A stretch of DNA of 63,403 nucleotides, the filler included, from Octopus bimaculoides (lineage: Eukaryota), in NCBI RefSeq assembly GCF_001194135.2. It is 4 parts of 4 records of this genome, joined end to end, with 100 filler letters (N's around TTAATTAATTAA, not from the genome) between each part and the next. Parts side by side here need not be neighbours in the genome. Positions count along the whole stretch, not along the records: positions 27,958 to 46,132 come from NC_068981.1; positions 46,233 to 57,483 come from NC_069001.1; 2 more parts are not named here. One strand, given 5' to 3'. Shown here piece after piece: positions 36,431-49,494 of the stretch. Positions within the stretch are counted from its first letter, which is position 1; the number at the start of each line of letters is the position of its first letter. Position numbers and translations under genes: made by a program. The notes under the pieces were generated by a model. It did no database searches. It worked only from the letters and a program-made list of their open reading frames with translations, and had not been told where the DNA came from.

Positions 36431-37071
36431 ATATATATNNNNNNNNNNNNNNNNNNNNNNNNNNNNNNNNNNNNNNNNNNNNNNNNNNNNNNNNNNNNNN
36501 NNNNNNNNNNNNNNNNNNNNNNNNNNNNNNNNNNNNNNNNNNNNNNNNNNNNNNNNNNNNNNNNNNNNNNNNNNNNNNNNNNNNNNNNNNNNNNNNNNNN
36601 NNNNNNNNNNNNNNNNNNNNNNNNNNNNNNNNNNNNNNNNNNNNNNNNNNNNNNNNNNNNNNNNNNNNNNNNNNNNNNNNNNNNNNNNNNNNNNNNNNNN
36701 NNNNNNNNNNNNNNNNNNNNNNNNNNNNNNNNNNNNNNNNNNNNNNNNNNNNNNNNNNNNNNNNNNNNNNNNNNNNNNNNNNNNNNNNNNNNNNNNNNNN
36801 NNNNNNNNNNNNNNNNNNNNNNNNNNNNNNNNNNNNNNNNNNNNNNNNNNNNNNNNNNNNNNNNNNNNNNNNNNNNNNNNNNNNNNNNNNNNNNNNNNNN
36901 NNNNNNNNNNNNNNNNNNNNNNNCATATATACGTACAAACATATATACATACATGCATGCATACATATATACATGCATGCATACATACATACATACATAC
37001 ATACATACATACACACACATACATACATACATACATACATACATGCATACATGCATACATACATACATACA

Positions 37072-37103
<32 letters not shown>

Positions 37104-37104
37104 A

Positions 37105-38407
37105 CAAGCACAAATAAATTCCACATAAAGAGTGACGTAAAAGGAAAAAAGGTGGCAGAGGCTTATCATCGATCCAAAATGCCTTTGAATGTCGCATCAT
37201 ATACCTTCGGCAACATCTTTTAACACCCAAGTGTCGAAGTGCATTCCTTGACCAAGTTTACATACACGAGGCTGATAACATCATAAGACTTGGAAGACAT
37301 CTCCTTGAGCAACACACTTTATCTGATATCCTAGCATATATACCCGAAGAATTCGCACGACTCTACTTCAACGTATCATCAAATGAAAGGATGAGCTTAT
37401 ATGAGCAGAAGAACATGCAGGGATATGTTAGTAGAAGACTCCGTGCTGATAGTAACATGGATCATCAAAGCAGTTTGTCATGGACGAATAGCCGGATTAC
37501 TACCTCCCACTTTGAACGGTATGAGTTTGGAATCCAGGAACAGGAAATATGAACCAAGTACCTGATGCACAAAAGGGATAGAGATGCAGGAAAAGCCGTA
37601 AAATGTAACAACCAATGCATACTTTTTGGAGTTCATACTGTAGATATCACCCACGTCATAAGTAGTTGTCCGAAAATATCATCACAGTATTATCTACCGA
37701 TGATGAAAGACGTTGTAGCTAGGACACGCTATAATGAAATCCGTCGGAAGGATAATCCCGAAGACAAAGAAATAAGAACCCAAAATATATATCTGGGAAG
37801 TTGGATAACATCAAGCGGAAGGTCAAATAAGGACATCAAGTGCAGAATTGGATTAGCAAACAAGGCTTTAATGGATATGTGGAGCATTTTTTGTGCAAAG
37901 AGAACTGGAATGGAAGTCAGGAAAAGACTATTGAAGTGCTACATCGGGTAGGTGCTAACGTATGGATGTGAATCTTGGACGATAAGCGAAGTCATGGAGA
38001 AGAGACTCAAAGCGGCAGAAATTTATACCTGTAATTATTAGGAGCCTGGGATATGTAATACACTGCCTAAATACCGATTTTGAGAAATTAGGCTTCTCAA
38101 AACCAGAAAGGAGAAAGCTAATTCAAAGACTCCAGATCCAATCCATCACTGGAACTGTAAAAATCTGTAAACTTTTCCAGAAGTTTATCATTTAAATATA
38201 TATGAGCATATGTAGATATGCAACTATATGCATGAGAATACATACATAAAACATACAAATCTGCACATACATACATACATACATACATACATACATACAT
38301 ACAAAAGTACCTTGTTGTTAATGTTGAAATTCCATTGAAGGAGCCTTGGATTGAGGTTACAAACCGGTTCTTTCTCTATTCATGAAATAAACTGAATAAT
38401 GACATAC
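37105..38407 (+). mobile_element. R4-clade (TACA-associated) element: thumb to 3'UTR, with an RTE segment in place of the RLE core
   Basis: TNKFHIKSDV, RKKGGRGL, QKNMQGY, GIQEQEI, HVISSCPK, IPVIIRSLG, GTVKICKLFQKFII*; 3'UTR contains an internal (TACA)n. Confidence 0.85.
37787..38022 (+). mobile_element. RTE-clade LINE fragment (post-YLG thumb region)
   Basis: YLGSWITSSGRSNKDIKCRIGLANKAL..RKRLLKCYIG*VLTYGCESWTI..KRLKAAE. Confidence 0.85.
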
Positions 38408-40372
38408 AAAAATTTTATATACGTACAGAATACATTTACATTTGCATACTCATTTACTGAGAAAGACCCAACATAATTCTCTGTCTTTATATATGTTTGT
38501 GTATGTCTGTGTATGCCTGCGTGCATGTATATACGCATATATACACGTATGGGTGCGGGTTTGTATGTGAATGCATGTGTACATGTTTACAAAGATAGCG
38601 AGATACCTCCATACATACATAGATGCATCATACATTGTTAGCAGATATGTCAATTCTTGGGGAATTCAAGATATGCTGTGGAACTGTCCAATTAAAGGAA
38701 GGACAATGTAGGTAACTCATATGAAAAAGTTTTCTTCCAGAATATCCTGCTGGTCTCCTTCGTTGCTACATACACGAGCGAGCACACACAAACATGTACA
38801 CACACATACACACACATACACCTACACGCACACACACACACACACACTGATATATATATATATATATATATATATACACGTATATATTTTTTTTATATTT
38901 ATATATTATTTATGCACATATAGAAATAATCACAGGCATGCATGTGTGTGAATGTGAATGTGTGCATAGTTTCGGTTCAATACTTATACATTTATGAATA
39001 TTTCGTTTTATTATTTATTTATTTATTCATTTCTGTTGTTCATTTTCCTATTGGAACTATATACTAAAGTTCCTTCTTTCACTTCGTCTTTTTGGTAAAT
39101 GTGACATGAGATTGTGGTGAGGGTAAAAAAAAAATATTATCTTGTACGTATTCATTCGCTTATACACGCTCATACGCGTTGAGTGGTGATTCATAACATG
39201 TATACAAGATATATACATGCACAAACGTACACTCGCGCACACGTAGACAGAAATGTGCATAAATGTGCATGTTGGTGCATAGTATTAATCTCTGAAAATA
39301 AATATATGTAATTTCATACATATATAGGTCTAATTTAATTTGTTCAATTCTTTCAATGTTTCTCTCTTGCAGATGCTCCCCTCTTTCCCTCATTTTTTTC
39401 TGTATTTCTCTCTCACACACACAAACACAAACGCACATACGCAGGCATGCACACGCACGTACATAGACATTCACATACACTCACACCGACAAACATTCAG
39501 ACACACGCATCCATGCATATTTGTTGAACATCTGATCCCAGTAATGAATGGACGCTCCTGTATATGTATCAATGTATGTATGTGTTTGTGCGTGCAAATA
39601 TGTTTATATATATATTTATAATTATATTGTTATATATCTATAGTGTCGATATATTTCTTTGCACCGAAAGCTTATATATATATACATACATATATATATA
39701 NNNNNNNNNNNNNNNNNNNNNNNNNNNNNNNNNNNNNNNNNNNNNNNNNNNNNNNNNNNNNNNNNNNNNNNNNNNNNNNNNNNNNNNNNNNNNNNNNNNN
39801 NNNNNNNNNNNNNNNNNNNNNNNNNNNNNNNNNNNNNNNNNNNNNNNNNNNNNNNNNNNNNNNNNNNNNNNNNNNNNNNNNNNNNNNNNNNNNNNNNNNN
39901 NNNNNNNNNNNNNNNNNNNNNNNNNNNNNNNNNNNNNNNNNNNNNNNNNNNNNNNNNNNNNNNNNNNNNNNNNNNNNNNNNNNNNNNNNNNNNNNNNNNN
40001 NNNNNNNNNNNNNNNNNNNNNNNNNNNNNNNNNNNNNNNNNNNNNNNNNNNNNNNNNNNNNNNNNNNNNNNNNNNNNNNNNNNNNNNNNNNNNNNNNNNN
40101 NNNNNNNNNNNNNNNNNNNNNNNNNNNNNNNNNNNNNNNNNNNNNNNNNNNNNNNNNNNNNNNNNNNNNNNNNNNNNNNNNNNNNNNNNNNNNNNNNNNN
40201 NNNNNNNNNNNNNNNNNNNNNNNNNNNNNNNNNNNNNNNNNNNNNNNNNNNNNNNNNNNNNNNNNNNNNNNNNNNNNNNNNNNNNNNNNNNNNNNNNNNN
40301 NNNNNNNNNNNNNNNNNNNNNNNNNNNNNNNNNNNNNNNNNNNNNNNNNNNNNNNNNNNNNNNNNNNNNNNN

Positions 40373-40404
<32 letters not shown>

Positions 40405-42154
40405 CGTGCGCGCACACACACAGACACACACAGACACACAGACAACGGCACATGTGTTAGTGTTTGTGTGATATATATCTGTGTAACGGGTGATCCGATG
40501 ATAAATGGACATTCCTGTGCTGTATACGTACGCAAAGGATTATTTCCGTGGAAGAAACCACCGGTTTTAACTTACTCAATTATTTAAATGTACGAACTCG
40601 GAACACATAAATCTATTTTAATTGACAATTTAAGCACATTTCAAGTTAAGTTATTTAACTATTTGTTTCAATATGTACATATCGATCACTTTGTGCTTTC
40701 CTGATCCGAAGTAATTGAGATGACATATGGTAATTTTGTAGTTCTAAACAAATTGCTAGTCATACCTGAATGACACGAAGTATCAATTAGAAAAATTACT
40801 CTTCATCTACACTTAATCATCTACTTTTAATTTATAATTTCACAACATAATAAAAGCAATCTTCCATACTCTCTCGTTCGCTTCGTGCATTTTACTTTTA
40901 TGTACTTTTTTCTGTTCTTTTTCTTTCTTTCTTTATGTTGATATTTATATATATGTGTGTGAGTGTGTGTTCATGTATGAATGTATAGCGAGAGAGAGAG
41001 AGAGAAAGAAAGAGGGATGATTGCTCTCTGTGTGAGTGCATGTGTGTATGTGTGTGTGTGTGTGTTTGCGATCTTCTGTATGTTTTGCTATATAATTCTC
41101 ATACGTTTCGCTTAGGTGAATGTTGTAGAATAACATTTTAACAGCAGGCATGGAATCAATACGAATTTTGTTCAAATTTATCGTTGTAGAAAAAGTATGA
41201 TCTTCTAATTTCCCGTCAACTCTTCTGCTCTGTACGTCGGTAGCATACAATATATAAGCATAAATACTGTTAAAGATTATCCTCTTACGTCAAAACTGTA
41301 ATGGACATGGGGCGTACATTTTAGCCGAAACTTTTTCTGTATTTAAAATCCATATCATAACGGGCCTGGACAGCTGTAGAAGTAATTTCAATTTTCTATT
41401 TTCATTGAAGCAAATTAATTTTAATATAAACAACACCCATTAAATTTCAGGCGATCTGTAGGTTGCAGTACGATTTCGAGTCATTAATATTAAGTAACGT
41501 TTAGATAATCATTCCGCCGTACCTCGGAAGTTTGCGAACGCATGTACCGATGTCTGTCTCTTGTCGCATGAAACATCTAAGTAAGAAATATTTCCTTATA
41601 ACTCTATAACTACCTGACCTGCTAAAAAAAAAAATATTATATATTTTAGATCTGGTAAGTAGTAGAGATTAGTGTCATTGGTTCAAGATTTTCCAAGGCT
41701 CAATCATAGGATTACGAAAGTATCTTTAAGTAGATGCAGAAGAAATATCGCAAAGCACTTCATTATAAGAGTACTGGTTGTTTGTTTTCTTTGCACGACC
41801 ATGCATCACTTGACTACGGACGAACAAAAAGAAACACACATAATTCTTGCTTGTCTTCGTACATTTTTCTTCGTTTGACTTCTGTAATTTGTTCATTGCA
41901 CACTTCTCTTGCACTTTCTTTCTTGTCATTTCAAATAAACGCTTTAACCATTAAGCAGTTTACCTCTATTTTCTTCCTGAGAGATACATGTTCCACATAT
42001 CTGATATGATCTGCCTTAAAACAGGAATGATACCTTTGAATACGTGGTCTAATACGTGTATTAGTCTAACGCTCGGGAAGAATGGAAAAGGATTGAGAGC
42101 GAAAAAAACAAAACGGAGAGAGAGAAAAATGTAGAGAATAACGGTTCAATACAC

Positions 42155-42305
42155 GCAAGCGTGCTTGTGCGGTAAGAAGTTTGCTTCTCAACCACATGGC
42201 TCCGGTTTCAGTTCCATTACGAGGAACCTCGAGCTAATGTCTTTTACCTCAGTCCGACCAAAGCACTATGAGTGGATTCTGCAAATGGAAACTGGAAGAA
42301 CGTCG

Positions 42306-42348
<43 letters not shown>

Positions 42349-42465
42349 TTGTGAGTCTAGCGAGCCAGCTAGCTATGTGTATGTGTATGTGTGTCTGCGC
42401 ATGGGTTTGTCTGCCACTGCGGTCTTATAAGCGGTGTTGGTTTGTTTATGTCTCTGATAAAATAA
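42155..42465 (+). mobile_element. SINE family B with internal (TATC)n
   Basis: GTGCGGTAAGAAGTTTGCTTCTCAACCACATGGCTCCGGTTTCAGTTCC head and GACCAAAGC..GAGTGGATT..GGAAACTG body. Confidence 0.8.
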
Positions 42466-42470
42466 TTACC

Positions 42471-42504
<34 letters not shown>

Positions 42505-42507
<3 letters not shown>

Positions 42508-45360
42508 GGGCAGGGAATCATCAATTAGTAATAAAATTAATAATTAACAATTCTGCCGGGTAGCTCAGTATGAAAAAAACCTTCTTCGGTAAAATTTATA
42601 ATCATATGATTATAATCATATAATCATATGATTTATAATCATATAATCATATGATTNNNNNNNNNNNNNNNNNNNNNNNNNNNNNNNNNNNNNNNNNNNN
42701 NNNNNNNNNNNNNNNNNNNNNNNNNNNNNNNNNNNNNNNNNNNNNNNNNNNNNNNNNNNNNNNNNNNNNNNNNNNNNNNNNNNNNNNNNNNNNNNNNNNN
42801 NNNNNNNNNNNNNNNNNNNNNNNNNNNNNNNNNNNNNNNNNNNNNNNNNNNNNNNNNNNNNNNNNNNNNNNNNNNNNNNNNNNNNNNNNNNNNNNNNNNN
42901 NNNNNNNNNNNNNNNNNNNNNNNNNNNNNNNNNNNNNNNNNNNNNNNNNNNNNNNNNNNNNNNNNNNNNNNNNNNNNNNNNNNNNNNNNNNNNNNNNNNN
43001 NNNNNNNNNNNNNNNNNNNNNNNNNNNNNNNNNNNNNNNNNNNNNNNNNNNNNNNNNNNNNNNNNNNNNNNNNNNNNNNNNNNNNNNNNNNNNNNNNNNN
43101 NNNNNNNNNNNNNNNNNNNNNNNNNNNNNNNNNNNNNNNNNNNNNNNNNNNNNNNNNNNNNNNNNNNNNNNNNNNNNNNNNNNNNNNNNNNNNNNNNNNN
43201 NNNNNNNNNNNNNNNNNNNNNNNNNNNNNNNNNNNNNNNNNNNNNNNNNNNNNNNNNNNNNNNNNNNNNNNNNNNNNNNNNNNNNNNNNNNNNNNNNNNN
43301 NNNNNNNNNNNNNNNNNNNNNNNNNNNNNNNNNNNNNNNNNNNNNNNNNNNNNNNNNTACAAGGTTCATTAATTTCAGTGGTGGTCGAAAAGTCATACTG
43401 AAAAAACAAGTGTGAGAATTAAAATAGCAAAACAAAAGGAATTTGGCTTACGCTTTCTTAGATCTTCTTTAAATAGTCGCTTTCGCTTGTAATGGTATGT
43501 CTAAGGATCAGATGTATTTATAATTTTTTTTCTGCGAGCGGTTCTAATTTTTGATTTGTTAAAAAGTTGATGACGTTTTTCTTCCGTGGTCAAGCTTGTC
43601 GTTCTGCTTGATTGGTTTCCTTGGGGATACGGTTATCGGTCGTTCCGGTTGGTTGGTCCTCCTAAAGGGTCATTCCGTTGTATTCATTGAAGGTCGGTTT
43701 TGATTGGTCTGGAATTAGGTGAGGCAAGCAACTGGTGTTTGTGGAATTTCTTTGGATTGGAGGTGGGTGACGTCGGCATCTTGTGATTGTGTGATGATTT
43801 GGAGTTGCGGTTTCGTAACCCGTATGGAAAATTCTTACTAAAATGTTGTTGTTGTTTTTGTGTTGAAATTGAGTCTTTTTTCTCTTCTTTATACTGCTAT
43901 TTCTTCTTTCTAAAGGATAATTCAGCTGTGGTTTATACTTTTAATCAGTACGTTTTCCTTATTTAAGCGGATTTGGGTTGAAGTGTTTCCAGTGCATTGA
44001 TAGAGAGGGAAGATTTGGTATTTAGGATTTTTGTCTATGGGGCATTGGTCTAGGTGCTGGCTAACGGGAATTTTCCTAGTGATGGGGTCCCGGATTTCTT
44101 GTCTGTACACCGTAAGTCTATCCCTCAACGTTAAGCTTGTTTGACCAATGTAGTTTCCACCACAATCTCCACATTTAAGAACATAGATTAAGTTCTTCGA
44201 AGCACAGATGAAGTCATATTTTATGGTAAAAGTTTGGCCTGACTTAAATTTGTAGGTTGAGCTCTCTAAGAGAAAGGTGCAAGTTCCGCAGTTAGAGCGG
44301 TTGCACTTTTTGACTTATGGGGTTGCATTTTTGGTGGGTAAATTGGCGCTGGTGAGTAATTTTCTTAGAGATTGTGGTTGTCTCTTATTTTTAATAATCC
44401 TACGTGTTTCTAGTGTATTTTTCATCCGTAGGTCCTTTATAAGGAGGGGTATGTTTTGGTAGATGAGGTATGCTTCCTTGTTTCTTGGATTGTGCGTTGA
44501 TACGTAAGATAGAGTTTTAAGTGTGTCATGGTATTTTCTTGTTTTCCGTAACTCTTGGAGGTCTGTCATTTTTGCACGTTCTATTCCATTTTTGATTAGA
44601 CTGACCCAGTATATTCTATCTAGTCATGAGGTTCTTGGAGTCGCTTTTATCGAGCTTGGGGATTTGATGCAATCGTGAAAATTCTTCTCGTTAGGTTGTA
44701 TGGTATATTTATTTTAGTATGTTTTGGGTGGCAAGAGGAGAACAGAGATACTATTTTGAGTTTGTAGGTTTGAAGATGTCGGTTTCAATCTCAGTATCTC
44801 TCTTTATTATTAAGATGTCCAGGAAGGGTAGTTGTTGGTTGCTTTATTCCATAGTGAATTGGATACTCTGGTTAATGCTGTTGATTAAGTTTTTAAATTT
44901 GGTGAGTTGTTCAATGTTATGTGGCCAAACGATTATACAGTTATCCAGGTAGCGTTTCCAGTTGGTAAGTAAGTATTTTTGGAAGCTTCTCACCAAATTT
45001 CAATCTAGCGTGTTCGTATATCTGGACTTCCAAGTATGCCATGACAGGGTTGGCTAGAGTAGGCGCTACCCTCGTTCTCATCGCTGATTTTTGTCTATAA
45101 GTGTTTTCGTTGAAATTGAAGAAGTTGTTCTGTAGAATGAATCTTATTCCTTCAACGGTGAATTCTTTTCCGATTCTGTCAGGAATGTCATTTAGAAATT
45201 TTTCCAGCCAGTATTGTATGGCTAGTATTCCGTATTCGTGAGGAATCGAGGTGTAGAGGTTTATTATATAGAATGAAATCAGGAGGGAGTCTTTGCTGGT
45301 TTTGTTCGGGAGATGGTTTCAAAAGTCCAGATCATGCCGTATAAAGCTCGGTACATGTGT
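42505..45360 (-). mobile_element. Penelope-like element (Neptune-like): RT plus GIY-YIG endonuclease, degenerate; 3' extent across the N gap to (TA)n is uncertain
   Basis: INLYTSIPH, NNFFNFNENTYRQ, WKRYLDN, LPFLDILI, SCHPKHTK, CNRSNCGTC, NLIYVLKCGDCGGNYIGQT, LRDRLTVYRQEIR. The coding part is about 43922-45350. Confidence 0.85.
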
Positions 45361-45368
45361 ACTCTCCT

Positions 45369-46045
45369 TTGTTGTCACGTCTCATAAATGAACCTTTTTT
45401 GGACTGAATAGTGACGGGTGACGAGAAATAGGTTCTCTATAAAAATGTCAAGCGCCGAAGACAGTGGGTAGAAAAGGGAGAAACGCCACACCTCAGGCTA
45501 AAAAATGTTTTTCACCCACTTAAGCTATTGTTATCTGTTTGGTGAGATATGGAAGGTTTAGTCCGCTTTGAACTTTTAAACCCAAACCAAACGATGACAA
45601 AGGAAATCTACTGCGAGCAGCTTCAGCGACTTATGTCAGTGCTTGAAGTAAAACGACAATCTTAAGTATTGAGACGAAAGGTGTTCTTCCATCAGGATAA
45701 TGCTCGGCTACCTGCAGTGAGGATGACATTCCAAAGGCTGGACAGTTCGAATGGGAAGCGATTCCCCAACTAGCATATTCGCCAGAAATTGACACATCTG
45801 CTTATCATTTATACTGCATTCTTCAAAATCATTTAGATGGAAATAATATAAATTCTGTAGACGAGGTCAGAGCAGTATTGGAGGAGTATTTTTCGTCACG
45901 GACAAGTGAATTTTGGAAGAGGAGCCTTGCAATTCTATCAGATAGATGGTAGAGAGCTCTAGAAGAGGAAGGAGAGTATATTTTAGATTAAAAAAGAACC
46001 TTGTTTATCTAAATTTTGACAAATGAAACAAGTATGACCCAATAT
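45369..46045 (+). mobile_element. mariner (DD34D) transposase fragment with 3' TIR remnant
   Basis: IVTGDEK*VLY, FHQDNAR, AYSPEIDTSAYHL, EGEYILD*; ends TATGACCCAATA followed by TA. Confidence 0.9.
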
Positions 46046-47812
46046 ATATAAATATATATGTATATGTTTGTATGTATACACACACATACACACATATACA
46101 CGTTTATATATAAATAAATATATATACATATANNNNNNNNNNNNNNNNNNNNNNNNNNNNNNNNNNNNNNNNNNNNTTAATTAATTAANNNNNNNNNNNN
46201 NNNNNNNNNNNNNNNNNNNNNNNNNNNNNNNNTATATATATATATATATATATATACACATACACTCACACACACACATACATGCACACATACACACACA
46301 CACCTACATGCATACACACACAACATACACACACATGCACACACTTCGTAAATACCTATACACAGGGGAGGTTTGTCGTGGTATTTCTATTTTCTATTTA
46401 AGGATTCATTCTAAGAGTTTCAATCGTGTGTGTGTGTGTGTGCGTGTGTGTGTGTGTGCGTGTGTGTGTGTGTGTGTGTGTATTGCCTGTTTCTATTTCT
46501 TTGTCTGTGTCTATGTCTACGTATGTGTGTGTGTGTCTGTCTGTCTCGTTACGTTGCATGTGTGTATCTATCTACGTTATCGTCGTGTCTTGATAATGTC
46601 TTCTAATTGCCTTTATTTTATCAGTTTTGTTCGTGAAGCGAACTTCTTTCTCTCATATATATCCTTCCGTTTCCACAGTGGGGTTCCTCACTCAATTTAC
46701 TCTCACTATGAAATGTTCACGGCACGAATCGCGTGCAAAATATTTAGCCGAAATATTTTGCACTCTACGAATTCCATGTTTTCTAACTATAGTTTATCTC
46801 ATAAGCTCCTTTTTCGCTTTCGTTCTTCTTTTCTTTTCCCATTTTGTTCTTGTATTTTTGTATTTCATTATTTATTTGCTGTTGTTTATGTGTGTATATN
46901 NNNNNNNNNNNNNNNNNNNNNNNNNNNNNNNNNNNNNNNNNNNNNNNNNNNNNNNNNNNNNNNNNNNNNNNNNNNNNNNNNNNNNNNNNNNNNNNNNNNN
47001 NNNNNNNNNNNNNNNNNNNNNNNNNNNNNNNNNNNNNNNNNNNNNNNNNNNNNNNNNNNNNNNNNNNNNNNNNNNNNNNNNNNNNNNNNNNNNNNNNNNN
47101 NNNNNNNNNNNNNNNNNNNNNNNNNNNNNNNNNNNNNNNNNNNNNNNNNNNNNNNNNNNNNNNNNNNNNNNNNNNNNNNNNNNNNNNNNNNNNNNNNNNN
47201 NNNNNNNNNNNNNNNNNNNNNNNNNNNNNNNNNNNNNNNNNNNNNNNNNNNNNNNNNNNNNNNNNNNNNNNNNNNNNNNNNNNNNNNNNNNNNNNNNNNN
47301 NNNNNNNNNNNNNNNNNNNNNNNNNNNNNNNNNNNNNNNNNNNNNNNNNNNNNNNNNNNNNNNNNNNNNNNNNNNNNNNNNNNNNNNNNNNNNNNNNNNN
47401 NNNNNNNNNNNNNNNNNNNNNNNNNNNNNNNNNNNNNNNNNNNNNNNNNNNNNNNNNNNNNNNNNNNNNNNNNNNNNNNNNNNNNNNNNNNNNNNNNNNN
47501 NNNNNNNNNNNNNNNNNNNNNNNNNNNNNNNNNNNNNNNNNNNNNNNNNNNNNNNNNNNNNNNNNNNNNNNNNNNNNNNNNNNNNNNNNNNNNNNNNNNN
47601 NNNNNNNNNNNNNNNNNNNNNNNNNNNNNNNNNNNNNNNNNNNNNNNNNNNNNNNNNNNNNNNNNNNNNNNNNNNNNNNNNNNNNNNNNNNNNNNNNNNN
47701 NNNNNNNNNNNNNNNNNNNNNNNNNNNNNNNNNNNNNNNNNNNNNNNNNNNNNNNNNNNNNNNNNNNNNNNNNNNNNNNNNNNNNNNNNNNNNNNNNNNN
47801 NNNNNNNNNNNN

Positions 47813-47853
<41 letters not shown>

Positions 47854-47854
47854 G

Positions 47855-48013
47855 CGGCCACGCTGAAGCACCGCCTTTAGTCAAACAAATTTACCTCAGG
47901 ACTTATTCTTTATAAGCTTGTACTTATTCCATCGGTCTATATATATCGGTCTATGTTGGGAGGACAAACACAGACACACAAATGCAAACATATGATACAA
48001 ATGCATACATACG

Positions 48014-48015
<2 letters not shown>
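47855..48015 (-). mobile_element. SINE family B, 3' part with internal deletion
   Basis: GCGGCCACGCTGAAGCACCGCCTTTAGTC..GGACTTATTCTTT..GGACAAACACAGACACAC. Confidence 0.8.
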
Positions 48016-48060
<45 letters not shown>

Positions 48061-48082
48061 TGTATGTATATATGTATATATA

Positions 48083-48437
48083 TGCCCCTGTGACTCACGA
48101 ATAGTCAAGAAGGAAGGGGAAAAGATAGATAAATACAATCCTCTTAAGTACGAAATAGCCCGGCTATGGAAAATGAAGAAGGTGAAGACAGTGCCAATTA
48201 TTGTTGATTCCTTGAGGACAGAATCAGAAGACGCCAAGAGGAATATCAAGGAAATCGCAATAGAGTTCCCGGTAGAACTGTTACAAAAGGTTTGCCTCCT
48301 TGGCACGTCCAGAATAATCAGGAAAGTAATAGAGAGCTGAAAAGAACGGATAGCATGGAACCGTAGGCTGCAGGTAGCAAGCCCGCTACTTCTGTAAGAC
48401 TCCATGAGCTCCAACAAAACCAGTGATTGAAGGGAAA

Positions 48438-48493
<56 letters not shown>

Positions 48494-48495
48494 TG
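48083..48495 (+). mobile_element. Second Dong/R4-like family: RLE C-terminus, 3'UTR and (TAA)n tail
   Basis: CPCDSRIVKKEGEKIDKYNPLKYEIARLWKMKKVKTVPIIV..LQKVCLLGTSRIIRKVI*. Confidence 0.9.
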
Positions 48496-49494
48496 ATGAT
48501 GATGATGATAATAACTGATTTATCTTTCTCCTGTGATTTACTGCTGGTGGGGGGGATATCTCAATGAAAGATTACAAAAACAGTGGCGGTGAGATTTACA
48601 ACGTGTATGGAGAACAAAAATGAATATATGACATTATCCCTTTGCAGGGGACAACCAGCTTGATCAATCACCACCACGAAATATAAGCGAATTTCCTGTC
48701 TTTCGTTTCCAATGAAACTGTCCATAACATCTACAATGAAAGTCCTTGAAATGGCTTTGCTTACTTTTTCTTTATTGATACCTTAAATATCTTCCATAAC
48801 ATTGTCATTCATACTTCTACTAATCCTCTATAGAAAGCAAGGATTGATGTTTCATTGTTTGCATTATCTGACTTCAAGAGAGCCGTGAGTGCCTAACAAC
48901 GACACAAAGGTCAGAAAGAATGATTCCCAGAACATTGTCGTTTACGCCCACCGCTAATCCTCCATAGAATTGAAGGATTGACGTTTCACCGACCGCATTA
49001 TCTGCCTAGTAGAGAATTGTGAACACTGGGACGACATTAGAAATGCCAGATGCCCTTTCTTTGATCTACACTTGAGCCATGGCAGGATCTCTCTCGAAAG
49101 TCCCTGACAAAAGTTAACTACACCCATTCACTAATAAACTTGTTGCAGCCTAAATGTACACTGAACACCGTCAGCCACGGATCTCGAGCCGTTAGCATAG
49201 AATGTGTTGGTATGAGAAGGATCTTTCTGAGCTGTGGAACATGTTTTTTACGCAAGAAGCGAAAGAGGAGCTGCATAAACCGATAAGATGAGGCCTACAG
49301 TAAGACATGTTGGTCAGCGGTTAATATATCACGAAGGCAACATAGTTGTGCGCCACCTATAAATGACATATCCAATACAGCTTCTTCTCAGCCCGTTTCT
49401 ATGTAAGACTGGTTAACCTACTCATAATCATCTAGCGCTTACAACCCTGGAGGCCTTAACTGAACTTTTGCCAAACTATTTCTCCCACAATATG

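Noticed and set aside
41648-41660. AG-ATCTG-GTAAGT as a 5-nt microexon
   Set aside because: No polypyrimidine tract or gene context; expected by chance in a window this size.
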